DNA of 64,000 nt from an uncultured Alphaproteobacteria bacterium (GTDB taxonomy: Bacteria > Pseudomonadota > Alphaproteobacteria > Rhodobacterales > Rhodobacteraceae): assembly GCA_913031285.1 (NCBI GenBank), contig CAJWEI010000006.1, positions 2,401 through 66,400 of the forward strand, written 5' to 3'. The translations under genes and the position numbers were made by a program. This document shows, one piece after another, positions 1 through 9,412 of the stretch. The notes under the pieces are model-generated. The model made no database searches. It saw nothing but the letters and a program-made list of their open reading frames with translations, and was not told the DNA's origin. Position 1 is the stretch's first letter. Each line of letters begins with the position of its first letter.

Positions 1-1018
1 CTGCAACAGAGGGGCCACCCTTTTCATCCCTTAGCTTTTTGAGGCCGTCAGCAGCAAAATCCAGCGCCTCATCCCAACTAGCTTCTCGGAAAAATGCGCG
101 CCAGTTAGACGGATCCACATTCAGCCCTTTTGCTGGTGCATCCAAGCGACGAATCAAAGGCTTGGTCAATCGATGGTCATGATGTATATAGTCAAAGCCA
201 AACCGGCCCTTTACGCAGAGCCGTCCTTCATTGGCCGGCCCATTGATCCCCTCAACAAATTTAACAATATTATCTTTCACTTTCAGCGAAATCTGACAGC
301 CGACCCCACAAAAAGGACACACGCTTTCGACCTCACTGTCATAGTCATCACTATCACCAACCTGAGCATCATCCAGAATAGTCGCCGGCATCAAAGCCCC
401 AGTTGGACAGGCCTGAACACATTCACCGCACGCTACACAAGTGCTGTCACCCATCGGATCATCAAAATCAAAAGTCGGATAGGAACTGTGCCCGCGACCC
501 GACATTCCAATCACGTCATTGACCTGAACCTCGCGGCAGGCCCGCACGCACAGACCACATTGAATACAAGCATCAAGGTTGACACGCATGGCAACATGAC
601 TGTCATCAAGCAGTGGGACACTTGCCACTTCAAGCTTGGGAAGGCGGCTTTCACTCACGCCATTTAAATCTGCCATTTCCCAAAGATGGGAGGATTTATC
701 ATGCGCCACATCCTTTTCAGGTTGATCCGCAAGAAGCATTTCAACTACCATTCTGCGAGCGTTTTCTGCACGCTTTGAATTGGTCGTGACAATCATGCCC
801 TCAGCAGGCTCGCGAATGCAAGAAGCAGCAAGCGTGCGTTCTCCTTCAATTTCAACCATACATGCCCGACAGTTGCCATCAGGACGATAACCAGACGCCT
901 GCTTATGACACAAATGCGGGATCAGAAGACCACGCCCATTGGCCACTTCCCATATAGAAAATCCAAGGTCTGTCTCAACTTCTGAGCCATCTAATGTAAA
1001 ACGTATCTTATCTGACAT
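1..1018 (-). CDS. Formate-dehydrogenase-alpha-like molybdopterin oxidoreductase, N-terminal part (partial; the C-terminus lies beyond position 1)
   Basis: Absent from the ORF track because it runs off the window edge. My reverse-strand translation starts at ATG 1018-1016: MSDKIRFTLDGSEVETDLGFSIWEVANGRGLLIPHLCHKQASGYRPDGNCRACMVEIEGERTLAASC. It continues with CIQCGLCVRACREV, CVACGECVQACPTG and CPFCGVGCQISL. These are a 2Fe-2S motif, two 4Fe-4S ferredoxin motifs and a MopB-type Cys cluster. The frame is open to position 1. Confidence 0.85.
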   Translation of the reverse strand, partial: MSDKIRFTLDGSEVETDLGFSIWEVANGRGLLIPHLCHKQASGYRPDGNCRACMVEIEGERTLAASCIREPAEGMIVTTNSKRAENARRMVVEMLLADQPEKDVAHDKSSHLWEMADLNGVSESRLPKLEVASVPLLDDSHVAMRVNLDACIQCGLCVRACREVQVNDVIGMSGRGHSSYPTFDFDDPMGDSTCVACGECVQACPTGALMPATILDDAQVGDSDDYDSEVESVCPFCGVGCQISLKVKDNIVKFVEGINGPANEGRLCVKGRFGFDYIHHDHRLTKPLIRRLDAPAKGLNVDPSNWRAFFREASWDEALDFAADGLKKLRDEKGGPSVA

Positions 1019-1284
1019 GGCGTCGTTCCTTAATGTGGCTTATCTTAACCTACCGAAAATAAGTTTGCATACGGTCAATCCCGACGCAGCACAGATGTTT
1101 TACGCCAACGCTGTTTCTAATAATATCCATTTTGCAAGATAAATTGAATTAACACACTTCAACTTGAATAATGCTAACAACTGATTCACAAGCACTGTAA
1201 GCGCACGGCAGGCTCTGGACAAAGGGCACCTATTGCTTAACAACTTATGATCAAAGATAAGTCGATTAACGCGAGGGGTATCTG

Positions 1285-1941
1285 ATGACACATCTTACGA
1301 TGATTCGCCATGGTCAGGCCAACAGCGGCGCACAAGATGAAAAAAGCTATGATACACTCACCGCTCTGGGCCATCAGCAGGCCAAATGGTTTGGGAAATA
1401 CCTTTTGCAGACCGGGGTACGTTTCGATAAAATTTACTCCGGCACACTACGTAGGCAGATCGAAACAGCACAGGGGGTAAATCAATTTGACCTTCCCCAT
1501 GTAAAAGATGCAAGACTGAATGAATTTGACTATTTTGGCCTTGCACACAGCCTACAAGTTAATAATGCAATCCCGTTACCAACAACTCAGGAAGAATTTG
1601 CCGAACAAATTAAAACTATTCTCCAATATTGGAAACTTGGAAAAATCTCATCTCCAATTGAGAGCTTTGAAACCTTCCATGTGCGCATTGTCCAAGTCGT
1701 CAAAGAGCTCGTCCAGTCAGATGAAAAAATCTTAGTGGTGTCATCCACTGGGGTTATTGCATCGCTTTTTGGTGAGCTTCTGGATATAGAATTAGATCAT
1801 CGTATTAAATTGTTTCTTGCTGTTGCTCACACAAGCGTACACCGCTTTGAAATATTGAGCGGAATTTTGGTCCCAACTCTTTTTGGCGCAACCCCACATT
1901 TAGACAATACAGAAAGAGAACACGCTCGCACGTTTGTGTAA
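1285..1941 (+). CDS. Histidine phosphatase (phosphoglycerate-mutase-like) family protein
   Basis: 218 aa ORF. The N-terminal MTHLTMIRHGQANSG carries the RHG catalytic motif. GAGGGG lies upstream of the ATG. Confidence 0.8.
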   Translation: MTHLTMIRHGQANSGAQDEKSYDTLTALGHQQAKWFGKYLLQTGVRFDKIYSGTLRRQIETAQGVNQFDLPHVKDARLNEFDYFGLAHSLQVNNAIPLPTTQEEFAEQIKTILQYWKLGKISSPIESFETFHVRIVQVVKELVQSDEKILVVSSTGVIASLFGELLDIELDHRIKLFLAVAHTSVHRFEILSGILVPTLFGATPHLDNTEREHARTFV

Positions 1942-1954
1942 AAAGGATAAAAGA

Positions 1955-3010
1955 ATGACACAGCTTTGGATACGCGCAGAGCATCGCGCAAATGAGGATA
2001 GAGTGGGCATAACGCCTCAAGGCGCCGCATCTTTGCTAGCCAAGGGATTTCGTGTCACCATTGAGGACAGTAAAACCCGCACTATAGGCATAGAGGAATA
2101 TCGCCAAGCTGGATGCATAATTGCAGCTGAAAATAGCTGGCCAGGTGCATCGAAAGATACAATTATTTTTGGCCTTAAGGAGCTACCTGAAGATGACAAA
2201 CCATTGCATCATCGTCACATTATGTTCGGACATGCCTTTAAAGGGCAACATTCTGGCCGCGCGCTAATGCATCGTTTTAAGGCGGGTGGTGGGCAACTTT
2301 ACGACCTTGAGTATCTGGTTGATGAAATGGGCCGACGCGTTGCCGCATTTGGATACTGGGCTGGATATGCAGGGGCTTCAGTTTCGACGAAATGCTGGAT
2401 TGACCAGCAGAATGGCCAAGACTGCGCTCCAATTGCTGCAAATAAAAATAAGGACGCACTTTTGAACTCACTTACAACAGATCTTGTCGCGCTAAAGCGA
2501 CCCCTACCAAAAGCAATTGTGATTGGTGCTTTGGGTAGGGTTGGTACTGGCGCAGTGGATTTATGCGGTGCACTTGGTATTGCAGTTACAAGATGGGACA
2601 TGGCAGAGACCGATTACGGTGGTCCATTTCCCGAAATTTTAAATCATGACATTTTTTTGAACTGTATTATGGCAAGACCTGGAACTCCAGTTTTCGTGTC
2701 TCAAGAGGATTTAGCAAGACCACGAAAATTATGCGTGATAGGGGATATAGCGTGTGATCCTGATAGCGACTACAATCCGATCCCAATTTATGGCGCGGCG
2801 ACCAGTTGGGATCGCCCCGCAGTACGCGTTTCAAAGACGCCACCACTCGACGTGATGGCAATTGACAACCTCCCGTCGCTATTACCATTAGAGAGCTCTC
2901 TAGATTTTGCATCACAGCTCTTGCCATGGCTTTTAGAACTGGACAAACTTGATCAAGGCATTTGGCGGCGAGCCGCTGACGCATTCGAGAAAAATTTAAC
3001 AGAGGTGTGA
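1955..3010 (+). CDS. Saccharopine dehydrogenase (NAD+, L-lysine-forming), LYS1-like
   Basis: MTQLWIRAEHRANEDRVGITP...EEYRQAGC...IIFGLKELPE...LYDLEYLVDEMGRRVAAFGYWAGYAG aligns by eye along its length with yeast Lys1. I prefer ATG 1955 (AAGGA 8 nt upstream) over the ORF-track TTG 1934. Confidence 0.85.
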   Translation: MTQLWIRAEHRANEDRVGITPQGAASLLAKGFRVTIEDSKTRTIGIEEYRQAGCIIAAENSWPGASKDTIIFGLKELPEDDKPLHHRHIMFGHAFKGQHSGRALMHRFKAGGGQLYDLEYLVDEMGRRVAAFGYWAGYAGASVSTKCWIDQQNGQDCAPIAANKNKDALLNSLTTDLVALKRPLPKAIVIGALGRVGTGAVDLCGALGIAVTRWDMAETDYGGPFPEILNHDIFLNCIMARPGTPVFVSQEDLARPRKLCVIGDIACDPDSDYNPIPIYGAATSWDRPAVRVSKTPPLDVMAIDNLPSLLPLESSLDFASQLLPWLLELDKLDQGIWRRAADAFEKNLTEV

Positions 3011-3011
3011 T

Positions 3012-4154
3012 ATGACCATTCATTGGTGTGGAACGGGGCTCTCGGCAATTCCAGGATTGCGCAGACTGATAAAAGCGGGCCATGACGTTGTGGTCTGGAA
3101 CAGGACTGTAAATAAAGCCCGAGAATCTGTGGGTGATATCACGCATAACCTTCGCGTGTTTGACAAAGACATACTTAGGTCTGATTTGTCTGCTGGGGAT
3201 GTTGTGGTCTCTATGCTTCCCGGAGAATGGCATGTACCTCTTGCAGAACTGGCTATCTCAAAGGGTGCACATTTTGTAAGCTCATCTTACATTGCCCCTG
3301 AAATGCGGGCGCTGGACGCTCGAGCCAAACAAGCCGGCTTAGTCTTGATCAACGAAGTTGGTCTCGACCCTGGGATCGATCACTTAATGGCGCATAAATT
3401 AATCGAAGAATATCGCACATCTGATGCAAACACCTCAGAAAATGCCCTTTCATTTCAATCCTATTGTGGCGGTATTCCCAAATTTGCCAACCCTTTCCGG
3501 TATAAATTCAGCTGGTCGCCGCTAGGTGTGCTCAAAGCTCTCCGCTCACCGTCTAAATCGATCCGAGATTTCGAGGAGTTCAAGGTCAATAGACCTTGGG
3601 ATGCTATCAGTAGCTATAATGCGCCCCTACCTGAGACAGAAACATTTGAAGTATATCCAAACCGAGACTCCTTGCCTTTTATGGAACAATATCGCTTTGC
3701 AGACGATTGGAAAGTGAAAGAATTCGTGCGCGGTACTTTGCGGCTAAATGGCTGGGCGGATGCTTGGAAAGGTGTATTTGAGGAAATCGAAACTCTCGCC
3801 GGACCACAAGGAGAAGCACGCCTGAAAGAGATGTCAGACAAGTTCTGGAAGGAAAACTCTTATGACGAAGGAGAACCTGATCGCGTAGTCATGTGTGTTG
3901 GGTTAAAAGCAGAGAAGGATGACCAAACAGTCTGGCATAAAACCTATGTTATGGATGCTTGGGGAGATGAATATGGCACGGCAATGGCGCGACTTGTTTC
4001 GTATCCTTTGTCGTTCGCTATTGAGGCAGTTTTAGAGGAAAAACTTTCGCCAGGCCTCTCGGCAGCTCCGGATAATCTTGAGTTGGTCTCTGATTGGCTG
4101 AGTAAGATTTCTGAACTAGCCCAACATTTGGAAATCGTTGATCACAGGATATAG
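3012..4154 (+). CDS. Saccharopine dehydrogenase (NADP+, L-glutamate-forming) / saccharopine reductase, LYS9-like
   Basis: 380 aa. INEVGLDPGIDHLMAHKLIEEY, YCGGIPKFANPFRYKFSWSPLGVLKALRSP and YPNRDSLPF match the conserved LYS9 blocks. It starts 2 nt after the previous gene, with GAGGTG as RBS. Confidence 0.85.
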   Translation: MTIHWCGTGLSAIPGLRRLIKAGHDVVVWNRTVNKARESVGDITHNLRVFDKDILRSDLSAGDVVVSMLPGEWHVPLAELAISKGAHFVSSSYIAPEMRALDARAKQAGLVLINEVGLDPGIDHLMAHKLIEEYRTSDANTSENALSFQSYCGGIPKFANPFRYKFSWSPLGVLKALRSPSKSIRDFEEFKVNRPWDAISSYNAPLPETETFEVYPNRDSLPFMEQYRFADDWKVKEFVRGTLRLNGWADAWKGVFEEIETLAGPQGEARLKEMSDKFWKENSYDEGEPDRVVMCVGLKAEKDDQTVWHKTYVMDAWGDEYGTAMARLVSYPLSFAIEAVLEEKLSPGLSAAPDNLELVSDWLSKISELAQHLEIVDHRI

Positions 4155-4641
4155 AGTTTGGACTACTTCCAGACGGATGCCCTTTTTATAAGGTACACGT
4201 CCATAAAAACGATGGTAAGAATGTCAGCTTTACTCGCTTTCTGATTTGATACTCAATACACATATATGCTTCTATTGCAGTCACTTTTCATCCATCAAGT
4301 TCTGCTATCAGTGCCTCCAATACGCAGGGTGGGCATCCCAACAATATGTTTGTGCGTTAAAGGCAATTTATTGTCATAGTATTTTCTTCTATCAGCCTAA
4401 AGAAAAGAATTGACTGCGATGTCAGAGTAAAAAAGTAGCAATGATGGGAAATTCTGCAGATGTCCCAGAGCGTACATGTAGCGCTCCATACCTAGCAATA
4501 TTTAAACCTTTAAAATTTACACCTGACTAACCCCAAGCCCTCGAGGCCATTGTCCTTGATATACATTCTACCAGCATAAAACAACACATTGGAGCTAACC
4601 CGCGCTGGCCAAAATAGGTTGTTATCCATCGGTTCTAAACG

Positions 4642-5370
4642 CTAAAAAATTCGATAATAGAGCCAATTCGGGAAAATAGGCAACAAACGGAAAAATGATG
4701 CAAATAACGTTGGAAAGCTTATTGAAAATTTTTCTGAACACATGTGTTTAAACATGATTTTGGCCGCTTCATCAGGTTCCATAATAAAGGGCATACTTCC
4801 AGTATTTTTGTCAGTAAGGCGTGTTTTGATATAGCCTGGGTTAACCATTTGAACGCTAACACCAGTATTTTTTAAATCTATATGCATACACTCCGCCAGC
4901 GTCATCAAACCAGCCTTAGAGGCACTATACCCAATCGCCCCAGGCATACCCCTAAATCCGCCTAGACTTCCAGTTATAACTATATGGCCATCGTCGCGAT
5001 CAACAAACTGGGGAACAATCGGGCCAAGGATCCGCATCGCACCAGTGAAGTTTACATCAGCCATGGCTGTCACCTCACTTGTCAGCCATCCTTTCGTGTT
5101 AATTGGCCAGTAAAGACCGGCCAGATAGACTATCCCGTCGATATCACCTAGCATGGTAATAGCACCATCGATACTGTCTTGTGAACTGACATCGCAGGGC
5201 AAAGCAAGCGCCGCATTTGGCAGCGTTTTGACAAGATTTTGCAAAGCTTGAACATTGCGGCCCGACAGAATAAGCTCAACGCCATGTTTGCTCATCTCGA
5301 GGGCCAAAGCAGCGCCTAACCCTTCACTAGCACCCACCAACCAATATCGTTTACCTACTAAACTTTTCAA
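4642..5370 (-). CDS. Short-chain dehydrogenase/reductase (SDR)
   Basis: 242 aa. It has a Gly-rich GASEGLG motif and a YSASK active-site motif. TTG start. Last gene of the operon that begins at 8646. Confidence 0.8.
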   Translation of the reverse strand: MKSLVGKRYWLVGASEGLGAALALEMSKHGVELILSGRNVQALQNLVKTLPNAALALPCDVSSQDSIDGAITMLGDIDGIVYLAGLYWPINTKGWLTSEVTAMADVNFTGAMRILGPIVPQFVDRDDGHIVITGSLGGFRGMPGAIGYSASKAGLMTLAECMHIDLKNTGVSVQMVNPGYIKTRLTDKNTGSMPFIMEPDEAAKIMFKHMCSEKFSISFPTLFASFFRLLPIFPNWLYYRIF

Positions 5371-5375
5371 GTTTT

Positions 5376-6599
5376 TTAATCCCCCAATTGCAGTCGTAAC
5401 AACCTCCAGATTGCAAGAAGCTTAAGTGCACATGGCAATATGGCATACCCGAAAGACAGCGCAAAGAGGCCCGTGTCAGAATTGTTATGTCCCGGCTGAA
5501 ATCCAAAAAACTCCAGAACAGGCAGAACAATAACGGCCGAAATTGCCAATGATAGTTTAGACGCGAAATTCCAAAGACCAAAGCCAATCTCAGCCGGAGC
5601 ACCGGTACTCGAAAGTCGTCTTGCAAAAATAGCAGGTAATATCGCTAAATCAGCCCCAAGCGTAGCACCGCTTGTCACGCAGATGACTGCAAATTTATAA
5701 ACTTGGCCAGCCTCTAAAGAGAAGGCATAAGCAAAACTTACAATTGAGCTGACCATAGCAACAAGCAAAATCCGACGCGCCCCCAAGCGGCTAGCATAAA
5801 AAGTCCAGATTGGCGCCGATATTGCAGCCGTCAGAAAAAATAGAATAAGAAGCGGGCCTGCCATGTCAGGTGTCAAAAGACGGCTTTCGACAAAAAACAG
5901 AAAAAGCGTGGATGATACCGCAACCGGTGCGGTATTTAATACTGCCAGAACAAGAAGCTGCCTTACTACAGGATCGGTCAAGATAGATCCTGAGAACGTT
6001 TTAGGAACGAGGCTAGGAGACGTTGTCCAATGCTGCTGCATTAACATTAATGCGACAACAATTAGACCAGAGAACAAAGCCGCATAAAGCAAAAAAACAT
6101 TCTCAGAAAAAACCAACAAAAGCGTTGGCGCCATGGCTGCAAGGCATATTCCCAAGAGGCTGCCGGTCTCACGCCAGCGCGCTAACCGAAGCTGACCAAG
6201 CTCTCCAAAACTTGAAATACCCTGCGCGTAAAATCGTATAGATAAAAAGCTAAAGCCAGAAAAAATGGCTGACAGCGTGAGGCAAAACCACAAGACAGGT
6301 GAAATTGGCGCTTGGACTGCAAACAGGCCAAACATCCCCAATGCCATTACCAACCCTGCAGTCCAAATTGGCACTACACGGTATTTACGTGTACTTTCAG
6401 CCAATTTTCCAAGAAACGGGTCCTGAACAAAATCTAACAATCGCAAAAAAAACAGGGCCATTCCCAGGGCACTTAGACTGACGCCGTACGTATCGACAAA
6501 AAATTTTGGTGCATGGATGTAAATCGGGAGCCCCGCAATGCCCAACATCGCAGCAAAAACGGCATAGGATGGCAATGCAAAAGAGCGCTGCACTATCAC
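5376..6599 (-). CDS. MFS-type transporter
   Basis: 407 aa and hydrophobic throughout, with about 12 predicted TM segments by eye. Its start overlaps the stop of the upstream gene by 4 nt. Confidence 0.7.
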   Translation of the reverse strand: MIVQRSFALPSYAVFAAMLGIAGLPIYIHAPKFFVDTYGVSLSALGMALFFLRLLDFVQDPFLGKLAESTRKYRVVPIWTAGLVMALGMFGLFAVQAPISPVLWFCLTLSAIFSGFSFLSIRFYAQGISSFGELGQLRLARWRETGSLLGICLAAMAPTLLLVFSENVFLLYAALFSGLIVVALMLMQQHWTTSPSLVPKTFSGSILTDPVVRQLLVLAVLNTAPVAVSSTLFLFFVESRLLTPDMAGPLLILFFLTAAISAPIWTFYASRLGARRILLVAMVSSIVSFAYAFSLEAGQVYKFAVICVTSGATLGADLAILPAIFARRLSSTGAPAEIGFGLWNFASKLSLAISAVIVLPVLEFFGFQPGHNNSDTGLFALSFGYAILPCALKLLAIWRLLRLQLGD

Positions 6600-7351
6600 A
6601 AAGAAACCTCTGTCTTTGGCGGTGTGGTTCGTTTGCGGTATTTTGCACCTTTTAACCAGAGCTTAAGTGCTTGCCAATGAATCAATCCAAGGACTCGCCG
6701 AGAGGCAAATGGTCTGCGCACTAAGGATTTCAATATTGTTTTATTGCTCAGTGGGCTGCGCTTACCAACAAGAGTGGCCATAACTCCTCCGCCAGGATAC
6801 TTAAGATCAACCCAAACTCCAACTTTGTCATCTCGCACATCAAAGCGAAATTCATATTCGCCTTTAATAGGTTGAAACGGCGAGACATAAAAAATTTTCT
6901 GTGCAAACAAACGATCGGTGCGTTCAATTGGACGCAAATCGGGATGATGACACAGATAGGAATGGCGATCCCCAAAGGTATTTGTCACTTCTGAAATTAC
7001 AGCGCAGAGCGCCCCTTCATCGTCGTAGCAAAGCCAAAAGCTTACAGGATTAAAAACTTGCCCAAACATGCGGGGCTGCGCCAACAGATATATTGGGCCT
7101 TTTAATTTTAAATCATAATGGGTTAAAATCTGCTTGACCCAGGCAACACTTTTGCCATCGTTAGGTGTTCCGCCATGGTCCTTATCATACATGGAAAACA
7201 ACCAGCCTTTGTTATGCGAGAAAAGCCACGGGACTTTGCCAGTCATTTCCGGATTAACCATCAGATAGTCAACATTATAGCGGAATGCATTTGATAAATC
7301 ACCCCTGCGACCGTGCCACGTCCAGCCCTCTATATGATCGACTTTTTTCAT
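6596..7351 (-). CDS. DUF1365 family protein
   Basis: 251 aa: MKKVDHIEGWTWHGRRGDLSNAFRYNVDYLMV...HGG. This looks typical of DUF1365, which normally follows an amine-oxidase-like flavoprotein. It overlaps both neighbours by 4 nt. Confidence 0.7.
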   Translation of the reverse strand: MKKVDHIEGWTWHGRRGDLSNAFRYNVDYLMVNPEMTGKVPWLFSHNKGWLFSMYDKDHGGTPNDGKSVAWVKQILTHYDLKLKGPIYLLAQPRMFGQVFNPVSFWLCYDDEGALCAVISEVTNTFGDRHSYLCHHPDLRPIERTDRLFAQKIFYVSPFQPIKGEYEFRFDVRDDKVGVWVDLKYPGGGVMATLVGKRSPLSNKTILKSLVRRPFASRRVLGLIHWQALKLWLKGAKYRKRTTPPKTEVSL

Positions 7352-8646
7352 TCTGCCGCCATATCAAATGCGGATTTAGCCTCTATTTTTTTCGCCACGT
7401 CTAAGGCACTCGAAAGACCATCCTCATGAAATCCATTTTTCATCCAAGCACCACAAAACCAAGTCCGCCTTTCACCATTTTGCAGCGCTAGTTTTTCCTG
7501 TGCCATCCATGCCGCAAGATCATAGACTGGGTGGCGCATAGTTGTCTGGTCAAATATCAATTCTTCCTGAATCTTGCGTGTGCAATTAAGCGTCACAAAT
7601 AGTGGATCTTCCTTTGGAATAGGTTGGAGCGAGTTCATCCAATACGTAAGGTCAATTTTATTGGAAGTTCTGTGCTCATGCTCTGTATATACCCAACTTG
7701 ACCAGCATTGCTTTAGTTTTGGCATCACTGATGTATCGGCGTGTAAAACAACCTCATTCGGCTGGTAACGAATAGCGCCTAATAATTTACTTTCGTGTTC
7801 GCTGGGATCCACCAAAAGTCGCAGACTGTCGTCAGAGTGGGTCGCAAAAACTACTTCATCGTAAGTTTCAGGAAGTCCGCCTTGGCATTTTATTATCACT
7901 TTCCCCACATCGCGCTGAACTGAAGTCACAGGTGCTTTGACCCTGATCTTGGCGCCGTTATTGTTAATCTGTTTCTCAAGCCGCTCCACATATTGAACAG
8001 AACCGCCAAACACCGTGTACCATTGGTGTTGCCCTGAATAATTGAGCAGTGCGTGATTTTCAAAAAATTGCATCATGGTTGCGGCTGGAAAATCAAGGAT
8101 ATTCTGAGTTGGCGTGGACCAAATCGCGCCAGACAGCGGCAAAAGGTAATAGTCTCTAAACCACTGTCCTGTTCCCAGTTCATCTAAAAACTGGCCAATC
8201 GTCAAAGAACGTCCTTTTGCTATGCCTATACCTTTGGAGTTAAATTTGAGTATGTCCGCTAGCATTTTAAGATATTTCGGCCGAAGAGCATTAGACTTCT
8301 GCGCAAAAACTGCTCCGAGGCTAGCCAGCCCATATTCCAATGTACCCCCGCGGACAGAAGCGCCAAAACTCATATTGCTCTTGACCACTGGAACTTCCAG
8401 TTGTTCAAACAACGCTGTGAGTAATGGATAGTTGGCATGGTTGAACACAATGAAGCCCATATCAACCGGCTGTTGTCCACTTTTTCCAGCAAGCGCCGTA
8501 CGAGCATGTCCTCCCAAACGGGGTGCCGCTTCAAAGAGTGTTACATCATGATTGTGCGACAAAGCATGTGCAGCCCCCATTCCAGAAATACCACCTCCTA
8601 TTACCGCAATTTTACGGGCCTGCGACTGTTGCTGGTTGATGTCCAT
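7348..8646 (-). CDS. NAD(P)/FAD-dependent oxidoreductase (amine-oxidase-like)
   Basis: 432 aa. The N-terminal dinucleotide fold is KIAVIGGGISGMGAAHAL...LFEA..RLGGH. GGAG lies 9 nt upstream of the ATG. Confidence 0.8.
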   Translation of the reverse strand: MDINQQQSQARKIAVIGGGISGMGAAHALSHNHDVTLFEAAPRLGGHARTALAGKSGQQPVDMGFIVFNHANYPLLTALFEQLEVPVVKSNMSFGASVRGGTLEYGLASLGAVFAQKSNALRPKYLKMLADILKFNSKGIGIAKGRSLTIGQFLDELGTGQWFRDYYLLPLSGAIWSTPTQNILDFPAATMMQFFENHALLNYSGQHQWYTVFGGSVQYVERLEKQINNNGAKIRVKAPVTSVQRDVGKVIIKCQGGLPETYDEVVFATHSDDSLRLLVDPSEHESKLLGAIRYQPNEVVLHADTSVMPKLKQCWSSWVYTEHEHRTSNKIDLTYWMNSLQPIPKEDPLFVTLNCTRKIQEELIFDQTTMRHPVYDLAAWMAQEKLALQNGERRTWFCGAWMKNGFHEDGLSSALDVAKKIEAKSAFDMAAE

Positions 8647-8672
8647 ATATTTTCACTCCTAATTTGAAGATG

Positions 8673-8699
8673 CTACGTATCGCGGATTAAAGCGGATGA
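8673..8699 (-). promoter_or_regulatory. Candidate ECF (RpoE/ChrR-type) promoter for the 8646-4642 operon
   Basis: The minus strand reads TCATCC-N16-CGTAG. It lies upstream of the RBS and ATG at 8646 and mirrors the plus-strand element. Confidence 0.45.
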
Positions 8700-8718
8700 A
8701 AAGAATTGAAATTAAAAC

Positions 8719-8745
8719 TGATCCAGATGAATAAGAAAGGCGTAT
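8719..8745 (+). promoter_or_regulatory. Candidate autoregulated ECF (RpoE/ChrR-type) promoter
   Basis: TGATCC (8719-8724), a 16 nt spacer, then CGTAT (8741-8745). It ends 7 nt before ATG 8753. Confidence 0.5.
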
Positions 8746-8752
8746 TACATCT

Positions 8753-9412
8753 ATGTTTATTGAATCTGGAACATATCAAGCGGAAATCATCGCGCCTTCC
8801 AAAATCGGGGGCGTTGTGTTATCTAAAAATGTAGCTTTTACTGGGAAATCAGCGGAATTGGTTGAAAAGGGGCAAAATTCAACTGCAGCTTTGTGGGTGA
8901 AAGAGTTTGAGCAGATTCAAAAGCACAAAAGCGTTGACGCTTTTGGTAAATTATTTTCGCACTTTGCACCGAAAATAAAAGCATTTCTGATGAAATCCGG
9001 CACAGATGCGTCGATGGCGGAAGAGTGTGCGCAAGAAGTAATGGCGACAGTGTGGAAGAAAGCTCATTTGTTTGATCCTACACGAGCAAGCGCGGCAACA
9101 TGGATATTCACTATAGCTCGGAATAAAAAGATCGATGCGATCAGAAAACTTAAACGCCCTGAGCCAGAAAATTTAAACTGGGGGCCGGAATATGAACCCG
9201 ATCAAGAAGAAGTGATCGGGCTTCAACAGGAAGCAGCCAAGCTGGGACAAGCATTGGCGCAGTTACCCGAAAAACAAAGAATATTAGTTGAACGGGCGTA
9301 CTTTAAAGATATGTCTCATAGTGAAATTGCCGCAGCTACCGGGTTACCGTTGGGGACCATTAAGTCACGGATCAGGTTGGCGTTAGAGCGTTTGCGGCAT
9401 GTGATGAAGTGA
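8753..9412 (+). CDS. rpoE: ECF RNA polymerase sigma factor, RpoE (ChrR-partnered) type
   Basis: FSHFAPKIKAFLMKSG...AEECAQEVMATVWKKAHLFDP..ASAATWIFTIARNKKID (region 2) and LPLGTIKSRIRLALERLR (region 4). The start is uncertain: the first 45 aa or so are atypical and TTG 8858 is an alternative. Confidence 0.85.
   Translation: MFIESGTYQAEIIAPSKIGGVVLSKNVAFTGKSAELVEKGQNSTAALWVKEFEQIQKHKSVDAFGKLFSHFAPKIKAFLMKSGTDASMAEECAQEVMATVWKKAHLFDPTRASAATWIFTIARNKKIDAIRKLKRPEPENLNWGPEYEPDQEEVIGLQQEAAKLGQALAQLPEKQRILVERAYFKDMSHSEIAAATGLPLGTIKSRIRLALERLRHVMK

Noticed and set aside
173-667. 164-aa + strand ORF from the track
   Set aside because: It lies entirely antisense to the clear Fe-S/molybdopterin oxidoreductase gene on the minus strand (1-1018). 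Its composition is not protein-like.
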